Positions 32,794-42,491 of a stretch of 64,000 nt of DNA are shown in pieces. The notes under the pieces were generated by a model. The model ran no database searches. It was not told the DNA's origin and saw nothing but the letters and a program-made list of their open reading frames with translations. The stretch's first letter is position 1. The number at the start of each line of letters is the position of its first letter. The DNA is from Acidimicrobiales bacterium (GTDB lineage: Bacteria; Actinomycetota; Acidimicrobiia; Acidimicrobiales; Bin134): positions 1,092,514 to 1,156,513 of the forward strand of contig OZ246892.1 in the NCBI GenBank assembly GCA_965231915.1, read 5' to 3'. Both the position numbers and the translations under genes were made by a program.

Positions 32794-33701
32794 GCCGGAA
32801 CCGCCTGAGCGACTTCCGCCTCGGCCCGTACCAGCGGGCCTCTCACGTTGAGCCAGAAGAACACGGTGACAATCCACAGTAGGGCGGCCCCCGCGATGTG
32901 AGCGCCCACCAAGAGAACTGGAACCCCGGTGAAGTACTGCACGTACCCGATGAGCCCTTGGGCCAGGGCCACGCCCAGCACGGTGCGGCCCCACAACTGG
33001 GCTTGCTCGGGAGCGCCTCTCTGCCGCAGCCACCACACCATTGCTGCCAGCACCACCAGCAATGCCACAACCGTGGTCCCGTGGATCTGGGCCACGTCCC
33101 GCACGGCCACGTCGATGCGCTCAGCATCCTCGTCGCCGCTGTGCGGCCCTGCGCCGGTGACAATGGTGCCGGTCACGATCACCACCGAGGTGAGTGCCAC
33201 CATGGCGTTTCCCATCCAGTGGGGGCGCGGTCTCGGATGGCTTTGGCGCTCGTAGGCCTCTGAGGCCCGCCACAGCAGAACCACCGCATTCCACAGGAGC
33301 ACCATCGACAGCAAGAAGTGGCCGATCACCAGTGCCGGGGGCAGTTCGTACAGCACAACCAGACCCCCCAAAACGATTTGGGCCAGCACCCCAGCCACCA
33401 ATCCCCACGACAGCCACACCAAGTCGGCTCGGCGCGGCTTGCGCCAATGGGATCCCAGTACCGCGGCTATAACGATGGCCGATACCAGCCCGGTTATGAG
33501 CCGGTTAATGAACTCGATCATGGCGTGGGTCTCCAGCGGGGCGACCAGCTGGTCGTTGTCGCACGCTGGCCAGTCAGGGCAGCCCAGCCCTGAGCCGGTG
33601 AGTCGGACCGCGCCGCCGCTGACGATGATCAACGCCAAAAGGGCCAGCGCCCAGACGGTGATCTTGCGATAGGCAGCGGGGGAAACCCGGGGTTGGATCA
33701 C
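32790..33701 (-). CDS. ctaA: heme A synthase (COX15/CtaA)
   Basis: [20 protein letters not shown]-terminal Cys pair, paired His-containing helices (HAMIEF, HGTTV), 8-TM length. Confidence 0.85.
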   Translation of the reverse strand: MIQPRVSPAAYRKITVWALALLALIIVSGGAVRLTGSGLGCPDWPACDNDQLVAPLETHAMIEFINRLITGLVSAIVIAAVLGSHWRKPRRADLVWLSWGLVAGVLAQIVLGGLVVLYELPPALVIGHFLLSMVLLWNAVVLLWRASEAYERQSHPRPRPHWMGNAMVALTSVVIVTGTIVTGAGPHSGDEDAERIDVAVRDVAQIHGTTVVALLVVLAAMVWWLRQRGAPEQAQLWGRTVLGVALAQGLIGYVQYFTGVPVLLVGAHIAGAALLWIVTVFFWLNVRGPLVRAEAEVAQAVPA

Positions 33702-33833
33702 GCTCCGAATTGTACGGGTCGCCTATGACAGACCGTCATCGCGAACTGGTGATTTCGCAGTCCGAAAAGAAGGCATCCGCACCCCTTCGATACCTTGGCC
33801 TGCTTGTAGCTGAAACCGTACTCTGGGCAGGTC

Positions 33834-34736
33834 ATGGGTCTTACCCAACTGTCTCCTCGCAGCCGCACGCGCACGGCACGGGCATACGTAGCTCTCACCA
33901 AGCCCCGCATCATCGAGCTATTGCTGGTGACCACGGTGCCCACCATGGTGGTGGCCGATCGGGGCATCCCCTCGGTGTGGCTGATGGTGGCCACCGTTAT
34001 CGGCGGCACGCTGGCTGCCGGCGGGGCTAACGCCATCAACATGTACGTAGACCGCGACATCGACCGGCTCATGGAGCGCACCAAGAACCGCCCCTTGGTG
34101 ACCGGGGAGGTATCCCCCCTCGGCGCTCTGGTGTTCGCCATCGTCTTGGAAGCAGGGGCCTTCGCCTGGCTGTGGGGATTCGTGAACCTCCTCAGCGCGG
34201 TGCTGGCGGTTTCGGCCACCGCGTTCTACGTGTTTGTGTACACGCTGTGGCTCAAGCGCACGTCCACCCGCAACATCGTCATCGGTGGGGCGGCCGGCGC
34301 CGTTCCGGTCTTGGTGGGCTGGTCGGCGGTGACCAACAGCCTGGGCTGGGCCCCGCTGGTCCTGTTCGGCGTCATCTTCTACTGGACCCCGCCCCACTTC
34401 TGGGCCCTGGCCATCCGCTACCGGGATGACTACCGGGCGGCCAATGTGCCCATGTTGCCGGCGGTGGCCAGCACCCGCACCACCGCGGTACGAATGCTGG
34501 GCTATACCGGGGTTCTGTGGGGGCTGTCGTTACTGTTCAGCGCGGTGGGCGACATGGGACTGGTGTATCTGATTAGCGCCGTGGTGCTGGGCGCCGTTTT
34601 CTTGTATTTCGCCATCGATGTGCTGCGCACCCAGGCAACCGCTTCGGCGATGCGAATGTTCTCCTATTCCATCACTTACATCACCCTGCTGTTCGCCGCT
34701 ATGGCAGTCGACCAGGTGGTTCGCACCGGTGTTTGA
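33834..34736 (+). CDS. ctaB: protoheme IX farnesyltransferase (heme O synthase)
   Basis: ANAINMYVDRDIDRLMERTKNRPL, YWTPPHFWALA UbiA-family motifs. Confidence 0.9.
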   Translation: MGLTQLSPRSRTRTARAYVALTKPRIIELLLVTTVPTMVVADRGIPSVWLMVATVIGGTLAAGGANAINMYVDRDIDRLMERTKNRPLVTGEVSPLGALVFAIVLEAGAFAWLWGFVNLLSAVLAVSATAFYVFVYTLWLKRTSTRNIVIGGAAGAVPVLVGWSAVTNSLGWAPLVLFGVIFYWTPPHFWALAIRYRDDYRAANVPMLPAVASTRTTAVRMLGYTGVLWGLSLLFSAVGDMGLVYLISAVVLGAVFLYFAIDVLRTQATASAMRMFSYSITYITLLFAAMAVDQVVRTGV

Positions 34737-34844
34737 CGCAGATTTCCGCCGATCCCAGGTGCCCATTGGGCAGAGTTGTCTGATGCGAGAAACGACATGG
34801 GCGATGTGTAAAGTTCCGACCCACACCCGCCTTCGTGGAGCACG

Positions 34845-36488
34845 ATGACCCTCACCGAAACGAGGCCAGAAGCAGAAGCGGTCGCGGCAGGCGACGACGC
34901 GAGGCCGGCGACCGAGTCGTCGGCCCCCCAGTGGACCCCGCCCACTGGATTGGCCCGGTTCCTGAGCACCGGCGACCACATCACGATCGGCCAGATGTAC
35001 GTGGTCTTCTCGCTGCTCCTCTCAGGGCTGGCGCTGGCCCTCGGAGTGTTGATCGGGATCGAGCAGGCCGACATCGACGGCGGCTTCGGCATCTTCAACA
35101 ACGCCAACGAGCTCTTCCAGGTTTTCGGCCTGTACCGGACCACGCTGATCCTGTGCGGGCTGGTGCCCTTATTCCTTGGCTTGGCCATTGCTGTGATTCC
35201 CCGCCAGATCGGCGCCTCTTCGGTGGCCTTCCCCCGGGCGGCCGCGGCGGCGTTTTGGACCTGGCTCGTGGGGTCTATAGCCCACATCGCGGCCACCTTC
35301 TCCTACGGGGGCTTGGGCTCGGTCGAAGCCGGTGCGGCCCGCGAGCAGTCGGTGGAGCTGACCGTGCTGTCTTTGAGCATGATCGGACTGGGCCTTTTGG
35401 TCGGGTCCGGCGTGGTCTTCACCACGCTCATCACCCAGCGCCCGGCAGCGATGGACCTTCTTCAGATGCCCGCCTTCTCTTGGTCGATGCTGGTAGCCAC
35501 CGGAGTGTGGCTGTTCTCACTGCCTGTGCTGTTGGCCAACCTCGTCGTCTCCTGGGTTGACATGCGGGGGGCCGACGCCCTGCGCTTTGGCGGCGGAGAT
35601 GCCCCATTGGAATTGGTCGCCTGGGCCTTCGACGCACCTCAGGTTTACGCCTGGACCATTCCGCTCCTCGGCATCGTGGCCGAGGTCTTCACTGCCGCCC
35701 ACCGCAGCAGCCCGAAGATGTTCGAACCTATGGCCTTCATCGTGGGTGCCTTCGGGCTGTTGTCCTTTGGCGCTTGGGCCCAGAGCTTCTTCGACAGCCC
35801 CGATCCGCTGGCCGACGACGCCCACATCGTGACCAACGAGGTGCTGTTCACCGCATTCGCCTTGGCTATCGCCCTGATGGTGGCGGCTTACGGCGGTTGG
35901 CTGGCGTTCAATGCCTATTCCGCCGGGCAACGCCCCCAGATCACCCCTCAGTTCGCCTTGGTCGTGGTCTCCGGCTCTCTATTGACCGCGGCGGCGGTAA
36001 CCGGCGTGCTGCGGGTAGCCGAACCCGCACTTGGTGTGCTGCGGGAGGCCGATGGGGACATCTGGCGGGGTTTCTTCGACGCCATGGACGACTTGGAGAC
36101 CTCCAGCCTGGTCACCGGGTTGATGAATTTCGCGGTGTTGGGCGGAATATTGGCCGCGGTGGCCGGCCTCTTCCACTGGGCGCCGCGCCTGCTGGGACGC
36201 CCCCTCAATGCCCCGTTGGGCTTCTTGTCGGTGTTGCCGTTGACCGGGGGCGCCATCCTCATCGGGGCCACCGACGCACTGGGCGGATTCTTCGACCAGC
36301 CGGCCCGTCCCTACGAGACCGGCAGCATTGGAGACATCGACGCACTGGGCTTCGTCGAAGCCCTGAACGTGATCGGGTTGATCGGCTACATCGCCGTGCT
36401 GGGCGGTTTGGCCCTGGTGGCGCTGAACGTGGCCCGCAGCCTCTCCCTGCCCGCCGAGGCCGGGGCCGACGGAGAAGGGGAGGCCTGA
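34845..36488 (+). CDS. heme-copper oxidase subunit I-like protein lacking the canonical metal ligands
   Basis: Collinear with the CtaD in this window (FLSTGDHITIGQMY; SSVAFPRAAAAAFW; WAFDAPQVYAWTIPLLGIVAEVF; LFHWAPR). All six ligand His columns are substituted. Confidence 0.75.
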   Translation: MTLTETRPEAEAVAAGDDARPATESSAPQWTPPTGLARFLSTGDHITIGQMYVVFSLLLSGLALALGVLIGIEQADIDGGFGIFNNANELFQVFGLYRTTLILCGLVPLFLGLAIAVIPRQIGASSVAFPRAAAAAFWTWLVGSIAHIAATFSYGGLGSVEAGAAREQSVELTVLSLSMIGLGLLVGSGVVFTTLITQRPAAMDLLQMPAFSWSMLVATGVWLFSLPVLLANLVVSWVDMRGADALRFGGGDAPLELVAWAFDAPQVYAWTIPLLGIVAEVFTAAHRSSPKMFEPMAFIVGAFGLLSFGAWAQSFFDSPDPLADDAHIVTNEVLFTAFALAIALMVAAYGGWLAFNAYSAGQRPQITPQFALVVVSGSLLTAAAVTGVLRVAEPALGVLREADGDIWRGFFDAMDDLETSSLVTGLMNFAVLGGILAAVAGLFHWAPRLLGRPLNAPLGFLSVLPLTGGAILIGATDALGGFFDQPARPYETGSIGDIDALGFVEALNVIGLIGYIAVLGGLALVALNVARSLSLPAEAGADGEGEA

Positions 36489-37084
36489 TGGCCGATATCC
36501 CCGTCGGGACGCCCCTCGCCGCTCCGCTGCCCCGCCAGCGCACCCTTTTGGTGGGCACTGTCTTCGGCACCGCCGCCTCTCTCATGTTCTTTGCCGCCCT
36601 GTTTGGGGTGTACCTGCGGGAGCGGTCCGACGCCCTCTCCGGTGGCGGTGAATGGATCCCGTCCGGTGCCAACATCCAACTGGCCCCGCCCACGGTGGCG
36701 GCCTGGACCTTGCTCATGTCGGTGGTCACCATGCAGTGGGCGGTGTACTCCATCGCCCGCGATGACCGCACCCACGCCATCATGGCCACTGCGCTGACCA
36801 CGTTGTTCGGCCTCTCGGTGGTGGTCACAACCTCGTTCCAGTACACCGAGATGGGTTTGGTGGCCGACGAGTCCATCGCGGCCATGTTGATCTACACCAT
36901 CTCGGGTTCGCACCTGGCCATGATCGCCATCGGATTGGTGTTCCTGCTCCTGATGGCCTTCCGGGCCCTGGCCGGCCAGTACAGCAGCCGCCAGACCGAC
37001 GGGTTTGTGGCCGCGGCCATCTATTGGTACGCCGTTGTATTCGTCTATGTCGTCATCTGGACGGCGATCTTCGTGCTGAAGTAG
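36488..37084 (+). CDS. cytochrome oxidase subunit III-like protein (short, 5-TM type)
   Basis: ATG overlaps the upstream TGA. 198 aa; MFFAALFGVYLRER, IYWYAVVFVYVVIW resemble actinobacterial CtaE. Confidence 0.65.
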   Translation: MADIPVGTPLAAPLPRQRTLLVGTVFGTAASLMFFAALFGVYLRERSDALSGGGEWIPSGANIQLAPPTVAAWTLLMSVVTMQWAVYSIARDDRTHAIMATALTTLFGLSVVVTTSFQYTEMGLVADESIAAMLIYTISGSHLAMIAIGLVFLLLMAFRALAGQYSSRQTDGFVAAAIYWYAVVFVYVVIWTAIFVLK

Positions 37085-37091
37085 GCCCCTG

Positions 37092-37925
37092 GTGTTCACC
37101 CCCGGCTTCCGTTTGTTCTTCGGCTTCACCCTCGCCGCGGTGGCCGCGGCCGCCGTCTACGGCGTGGCCAGCGGGAGCGCGGGCGATACCGAGTACTTCG
37201 CGGTGCTCAATGTGGAGACCTGGGTAGGCGTCCTCAGCCTCGGCTACAAGGGCGGCGTTGGCGATCACGTGGGCTATGTGGTGCTCATGGGCTTTGCCGT
37301 GCTGTCGGCATTGGTGGCCCTGTTCTTGGTGGCTTTCCGCGACGCCGACGCCGAGTCGGTGGGCGAGTTGATGGAAGACGGCCAGACCCCCGAGCCGCAA
37401 GCCGACTTGGAGGCCAACTACTGGCCGGCTGTGGCCGCCTTCGGGGTGGGGGCGATGATCTTGGGTCTGGTTACCCACGCCACCATCTTCGTGGTCGGCC
37501 TGGTGATCGTGGGAGCAGCCATCTTCGAGTGGATGCTGGCGGCGTGGGCCGACCGGGCCACCGCCGACCCGGTGGTCAACCGCAACCTGCGCAATCGCAT
37601 CATGCGCCCCATCGAATATCCGGTGACCGCCGCGCTCGGCGTGGCGGTGCTGGTTCTGGCCCTGTCCCGAGTGCTGTTGACGGTCTCCCAGTTCAGCGCG
37701 GTCATGGTGGCCGGAGTGGTGTCCACTGTGATCTTCTTGATCGCGGTGGTGTTCGCCGTCGGCCCCAATATCAGCCGGTCGGTGATCGCCGGCACAGTGG
37801 CAGTTGTATGTGTCGGCGTCTTGGTGGCCGGGGTGATTACCGCGGCAATGGGATCGCGCGACTTCCACCACAAGGTGCCGGCCTCTGAGCACGGTGTTCC
37901 AGCGGCCGAGAATGGAGGACACTAG
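37092..37925 (+). CDS. polytopic membrane protein with a subunit-IV-like segment
   Basis: NYWPAVAAFGVGAMILGL...VGAAIFEWMLAAW parallels SYWPIILGGGILLVGYGL...VGAIYGWILEP at the C-terminus of CtaD. Confidence 0.55.
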   Translation: MFTPGFRLFFGFTLAAVAAAAVYGVASGSAGDTEYFAVLNVETWVGVLSLGYKGGVGDHVGYVVLMGFAVLSALVALFLVAFRDADAESVGELMEDGQTPEPQADLEANYWPAVAAFGVGAMILGLVTHATIFVVGLVIVGAAIFEWMLAAWADRATADPVVNRNLRNRIMRPIEYPVTAALGVAVLVLALSRVLLTVSQFSAVMVAGVVSTVIFLIAVVFAVGPNISRSVIAGTVAVVCVGVLVAGVITAAMGSRDFHHKVPASEHGVPAAENGGH

Positions 37926-37959
37926 TGGGGGTGCGGAGGTTGACGAGGGGCGGTGCCCG

Positions 37960-39249
37960 ATGAGCAGGCGGCTCAAGGCGCTTGTCTGGCTGTCGAGCCT
38001 GCTGGTGATCGCCGGCACCATCGCCCTCATAGTGGTCGGCATTGTGGTCACCGACGACCACCCGCTGTCCACCCTGTCTCCGGTGGGCCGCCAGGGCCGC
38101 GACATCGCCCGGCTCATCAACCCCATCTTCATCGTGGCCGGTGTGGTGTTCTTCCTGGTGCAGGGGGCGGTGCTGGCGCTGTGGTGGCGCTACCGGGTGG
38201 GCGGCTCCGAAACCGGCGACGGCGAGCACGGCTTCTACGAAGACGACGAGTTCCCCGACCAGATCCATGGCAACGACCGCCTCGAGATCGCCTGGACCAT
38301 CGTGCCGACCATTCTGCTGGCGGTCATCTCGGTGTTCACCCTGGTGGCTCTGTTTGCCCTCGACGACGTGGAGGCCTCCGAAGAGGACATGGTGGTCACC
38401 GTGATCGGCCAGCAGTGGTGGTGGGAGTACCACTACCACCTGGACGGCGACACCACGACTGCGCCCGACTTCGTGACCGCCAACGAACTGGTCATACCTG
38501 CTGGAGTCGATATAGCCCTCGACATCAAATCGCGCGACGTGATCCACTCCTTTTGGATCCCCAAGCTGAACGGCAAGCGCGACGCCGTGCCCGGCCGCAG
38601 CCACGATTGGGTGATCCAAGCCGACAACCCCGGCCGCTATCGGGGGCAGTGCACCGAGTTCTGCGGTCTCTCCCACGGCTACATGAAGATGGTGGCCGTA
38701 TCCCTCACCCCCTCAGAATTCGCCCAGTGGAGAGACAACCAGATGACGGAGGCGGTCAAGCCCGAGGGCCACTCTGACGATCCTGATGATGATAAATCGC
38801 GGGAATTCAAGGGCTATGAGATTTTCAGCCAGCAGTGCGCTAGTTGCCACGTGGTCAACGGGCTCACCTCCGCGGCCGACCGAGGCGGCGACCCCGACTC
38901 ACCGCCCGACGGCTGGGACATCTACGGCGAGTTCAACGGCGACAGCGCCGGCCCGGCCATCACCGACGACCTAATCGCCGGCGCCGCCCCCAACCTGACC
39001 CACTTGATGACCCGGGGCACGTTCGCCGGATCGATCTTCGACCTCTATTTGGGGGCCGGCGACCACATCCCGTACCTGGAACTGGCCAACCAGGGCACCC
39101 TCAACCGAGGCGACCTGGAGGCCTGGATCTACAACGCCCCCGAGCGAAAGCCCGCCGATGCCGACGGCCTCCGGGGAATGCCCGCCCGCACCGGTTTGAG
39201 CCCCGACGACATCGACAACGTCGTTGCCTTCCTGTCCACCCTCGACTGA
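37960..39249 (+). CDS. ctaC: cytochrome c oxidase subunit II fused to cytochrome c (caa3 type)
   Basis: DVIHSFWIPKLNGKRD, CuA site CTEFCGLSHGYM, C-terminal heme-c motif CASCH. Confidence 0.9.
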   Translation: MSRRLKALVWLSSLLVIAGTIALIVVGIVVTDDHPLSTLSPVGRQGRDIARLINPIFIVAGVVFFLVQGAVLALWWRYRVGGSETGDGEHGFYEDDEFPDQIHGNDRLEIAWTIVPTILLAVISVFTLVALFALDDVEASEEDMVVTVIGQQWWWEYHYHLDGDTTTAPDFVTANELVIPAGVDIALDIKSRDVIHSFWIPKLNGKRDAVPGRSHDWVIQADNPGRYRGQCTEFCGLSHGYMKMVAVSLTPSEFAQWRDNQMTEAVKPEGHSDDPDDDKSREFKGYEIFSQQCASCHVVNGLTSAADRGGDPDSPPDGWDIYGEFNGDSAGPAITDDLIAGAAPNLTHLMTRGTFAGSIFDLYLGAGDHIPYLELANQGTLNRGDLEAWIYNAPERKPADADGLRGMPARTGLSPDDIDNVVAFLSTLD

Positions 39250-39259
39250 TTGTGATGAA

Positions 39260-41380
39260 ATGACCATCACCGACCGCACGATCACCGCCCCAGAGGAGAC
39301 CTTGGCGCTGCCTGCGGGCCCTGCTGTTGCCCACCGCCCCCTGGGCGTGTTCACCCGGCCTCAAGGCAGCGAGGGCTGGAGGAGCTGGCTGTTCACCGTC
39401 GACCACAAGCGCATCGGCATCATGTACGGCGCGGCGGCCATGTTCTTCTTCCTGGTGGGCGGCGCCGAAGCCCTGTTCATCCGCCTCCAACTAGCCACCC
39501 CCAACGGCTCGGTAATCGGCGCCGGCACCTACAACGGCGTGTTCACCATGCACGGCGTGACCATGGTGTTCCTGGTGATCATGCCCATGGCCGCGGCCTT
39601 CGCCAACTACCTGCTCCCCTTGCAAGTGGGGGCCCGAGACGTGGCCTTCCCCCGTCTCAACGCCTTCAGCTTCTGGTGCTTCTTGGCCGGCGGCCTTTTG
39701 CTCGTCTCCTCGATCTTCATCGGCGGCTGGTTCCAGAACGCCCCCGACGGCGGCTGGTTCAACTACGCCCCCAACAGCGGGCTGCCGTTCTCACCGTCCA
39801 AGGGGATCGACTTCTACGCGGTCGGCTTGCAGATAACCGGTATCGCGTCGCTGGTCAGCTCCATCAACCTGATCGTCACCGTGTTGAACATGCGTACCAA
39901 GGGCATGAGCTTCTTCCGAATGCCCGTGCTCACCTGGATGCTGCTCATCACCCAGTTCCTGCTGCTGTTCGCCATCCCGGTCATCACCGTGGCCCTGTTC
40001 TTGTTGATGTTCGACCGGCTGTGGGACGCCAACTTCTTCAACGTGGAGGCCGGGGCCGACCCGCTGCTGTGGCAGCACCTGTTCTGGATATTCGGCCATC
40101 CCGAGGTGTACATCTTGATCCTGCCCGCCTTCGGGATCGTGTCGGAGATCATCCCCACGTTCTCCCGCAAGCCCCTGTTCGGCTACCACTTCATGGTCGC
40201 CTCCGGGATCGCCATCGGCTTCATGGGCTGGGGGGTGTGGGCCCACCACATGTTCACCTCGGGCATCGGGCCGCTGGCGGTGGCCGCGTTCTCGGTGTCC
40301 ACCATGTTCATCGCCGTGCCCACCGGGGTGAAGATCCTCAACTGGTTGGCCACCATGTACCGGGGCCGACTGCGATTTACCACCCCCATGCTCTATGCCG
40401 TGGGCGTGGTGTCGATGTTCACCATCGGCGGGCTGTCGGGGGTGACCCACGCCATCGCTCCGTCCGACACCCAGCAGACCGACACCTATTACATCGTGGC
40501 CCACTTCCACTACGTGATCTTTGGCGGGGCGCTGCTCGGTTTGTTCGGCGGCTTCCACTTCTGGTGGCCCAAGGCGTTCGGCTACAAGCTGAATGAGGCG
40601 TGGGGCAAGGCCGCCTTCTGGATATTGCTCATCGGCTTCAACTTCACCTTCGGACCCATGCACATATTGGGTTTGCAGGGCATGTCCCGGCGCATTGCCA
40701 CCTACCGGGCCGACGAGGGCTTCGCGCTGTGGAACATGGTGGCCACCGTCGGAGCGTTCGTGATCGCCGTCGGGGTGGCCATGTTCTTGTGGAACATCTA
40801 CGCCAGCACCCGCAAATGGAAGCGGGACGGCCGACCCGACGTGGGCCCCGATCCGTGGGACGCCCGCGGCCTGGAATGGATGACCGCCTCTCCGGTGCCC
40901 GAGCACAACTTTGACTCGGAGATAGAGGTGGAGCGCCTCGACGACTTCTGGCACCGCAAGTACGGCGTCGACGAGAACCACCGGGTGGTGAAAACCGCCA
41001 CCGCCGAAGAAGTGGCCCACGACGGCAGCAACACCAAAGTACACCTGCCGTCGCCGTCGTACTGGCCCATCATTTTGGGTGGAGGCATCCTGCTGGTGGG
41101 CTACGGCCTCATCTACAACCTGTGGCTGGCCGCCGCCGGGCTCGTGCTTTTGGTGGGGGCCATCTACGGCTGGATCCTGGAGCCGGCCGACGATCCCGAT
41201 GCCGCCGGCCACCACGACGATCATCACGACGACGGCGATGACCACGGCGACCCCTCCGGCAACGGCGGACCGGGCGGTAACGGTGAGTCTGCCTCGGCCT
41301 CCGCGCCGGCTGATACCGAGGAGGCTGGAGGATCAGTGGATGCTTCTGCTGAGACCGAGGAGGTCCAGACCGTTGGCTGA
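39260..41380 (+). CDS. ctaD: cytochrome c oxidase subunit I with C-terminal 2-TM extension and His/Asp-rich tail
   Basis: WLFTVDHKRIGIMY, FTMHG, WIFGHPEVYILILP, WAHHMF, AHFHYV all present; extension from about residue 560. Confidence 0.9.
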   Translation: MTITDRTITAPEETLALPAGPAVAHRPLGVFTRPQGSEGWRSWLFTVDHKRIGIMYGAAAMFFFLVGGAEALFIRLQLATPNGSVIGAGTYNGVFTMHGVTMVFLVIMPMAAAFANYLLPLQVGARDVAFPRLNAFSFWCFLAGGLLLVSSIFIGGWFQNAPDGGWFNYAPNSGLPFSPSKGIDFYAVGLQITGIASLVSSINLIVTVLNMRTKGMSFFRMPVLTWMLLITQFLLLFAIPVITVALFLLMFDRLWDANFFNVEAGADPLLWQHLFWIFGHPEVYILILPAFGIVSEIIPTFSRKPLFGYHFMVASGIAIGFMGWGVWAHHMFTSGIGPLAVAAFSVSTMFIAVPTGVKILNWLATMYRGRLRFTTPMLYAVGVVSMFTIGGLSGVTHAIAPSDTQQTDTYYIVAHFHYVIFGGALLGLFGGFHFWWPKAFGYKLNEAWGKAAFWILLIGFNFTFGPMHILGLQGMSRRIATYRADEGFALWNMVATVGAFVIAVGVAMFLWNIYASTRKWKRDGRPDVGPDPWDARGLEWMTASPVPEHNFDSEIEVERLDDFWHRKYGVDENHRVVKTATAEEVAHDGSNTKVHLPSPSYWPIILGGGILLVGYGLIYNLWLAAAGLVLLVGAIYGWILEPADDPDAAGHHDDHHDDGDDHGDPSGNGGPGGNGESASASAPADTEEAGGSVDASAETEEVQTVG

Positions 41381-41384
41381 CACT

Positions 41385-42017
41385 ATGGCTGCCGAGACGA
41401 CGGCCTCTGAGGCTGCTGCTCACACTGAGGAGCATCACGACGGGGGGCACCACACCAACACCGGCATCTCCAACGAGAAACTGGCCATGTGGGTGTTCCT
41501 GGGTTCGGAGTGCCTGCTGTTCGGCGGGCTTATCTCCACCTACATGTTCAACAAGGGCCGCATCGGCCCCAACGACATCGGCCCCAACGACGTGTTCGAC
41601 ATCCCGTTCACGTCGGTCAGCTCATTCGTGCTGCTGATGAGCTCGCTGACCATGGTGTTCGCGGTGTCGGCCATCGCCAAGGGCGATCTCCGGGGCAACC
41701 GCATCTGGCTGGCCACCACCGCCGCGCTGGGGGCCACCTTCGTGGCTGGGCAGGTGTACGAGTTCACCGCGTTCTACAGCGAGGGCCTGGGTTTCACCAC
41801 CAACCTTTTCGGCTCCGCCTTCTATGCCCTAACCGGCTTCCACGGCGCTCACGTCACCATCGGCATCATCATGCTGATGTCTCTGTTCGTGATGTCGATG
41901 CGGGGCAACCTCGGGCCGGAGCGGGCCGAGACCGTGGAGATCATCGGGCTGTACTGGCACTTCGTCGACGTCGTCTGGATCGTGATCTTCACGATCGTCT
42001 ACCTCTTCCCGCAATAG
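41385..42017 (+). CDS. ctaE: cytochrome c oxidase subunit III
   Basis: FYALTGFHGAHVTIG, LYWHFVDVVWIVIF. Confidence 0.9.
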   Translation: MAAETTASEAAAHTEEHHDGGHHTNTGISNEKLAMWVFLGSECLLFGGLISTYMFNKGRIGPNDIGPNDVFDIPFTSVSSFVLLMSSLTMVFAVSAIAKGDLRGNRIWLATTAALGATFVAGQVYEFTAFYSEGLGFTTNLFGSAFYALTGFHGAHVTIGIIMLMSLFVMSMRGNLGPERAETVEIIGLYWHFVDVVWIVIFTIVYLFPQ

Positions 42018-42025
42018 GAAACGCC

Positions 42026-42418
42026 ATGGCCACCGTCACCCCTGAATCTCCCGACATTTCCCCTGATCCTGCTGAATCCGCGCCCGGATTGCCAGGAGCA
42101 ATGCACTCTCCCGACACGGCCCACGCTCCGGACGAGCACGCCCATCCCACCAACTGGCTCTATGTCAAGGTGGCCATTGCCCTCGCGCTGCTCACCGCGT
42201 TCGAGGTGTTCACCTACTTCGAGTCGGTTCACGGGTGGGGCGACACCGCCATCATCATCATGCTGGTTTTGATGATGCTGGTGAAGTTCTTCTTGGTGGT
42301 GGCCTTCTTCATGCACCTGAAGTTCGACGCCCCGATCTTCTGGCGCTTATTCGTGTTCGGGCTGATATTGGCCATGGCGGTGTACATGGTCATGTTGACC
42401 GCATTCCGGTTTTGGTAG
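42026..42418 (+). CDS. ctaF: prokaryotic cytochrome oxidase subunit IV (CtaF/COX4_pro-like)
   Basis: 3 TM, KFFLVVAFFMHLKFD motif. Confidence 0.75.
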   Translation: MATVTPESPDISPDPAESAPGLPGAMHSPDTAHAPDEHAHPTNWLYVKVAIALALLTAFEVFTYFESVHGWGDTAIIIMLVLMMLVKFFLVVAFFMHLKFDAPIFWRLFVFGLILAMAVYMVMLTAFRFW

Positions 42419-42491
42419 GCCATGTTTATTGGGCAATGCGGTTTGGCCCCCCGGCTTGGGCTAACCGCGTTCCGCTTCTGGTAGGCGGCCA

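Noticed and set aside
39791-41245. 484-aa ORF antisense to ctaD; similarly 43475-44611 antisense to serS, 37053-38132 and 37837-38676 antisense to the membrane protein and ctaC, and 36386-37129 antisense to the CoxIII-like gene
   Set aside because: These are GC-driven open frames opposite strongly supported genes, with no motifs.
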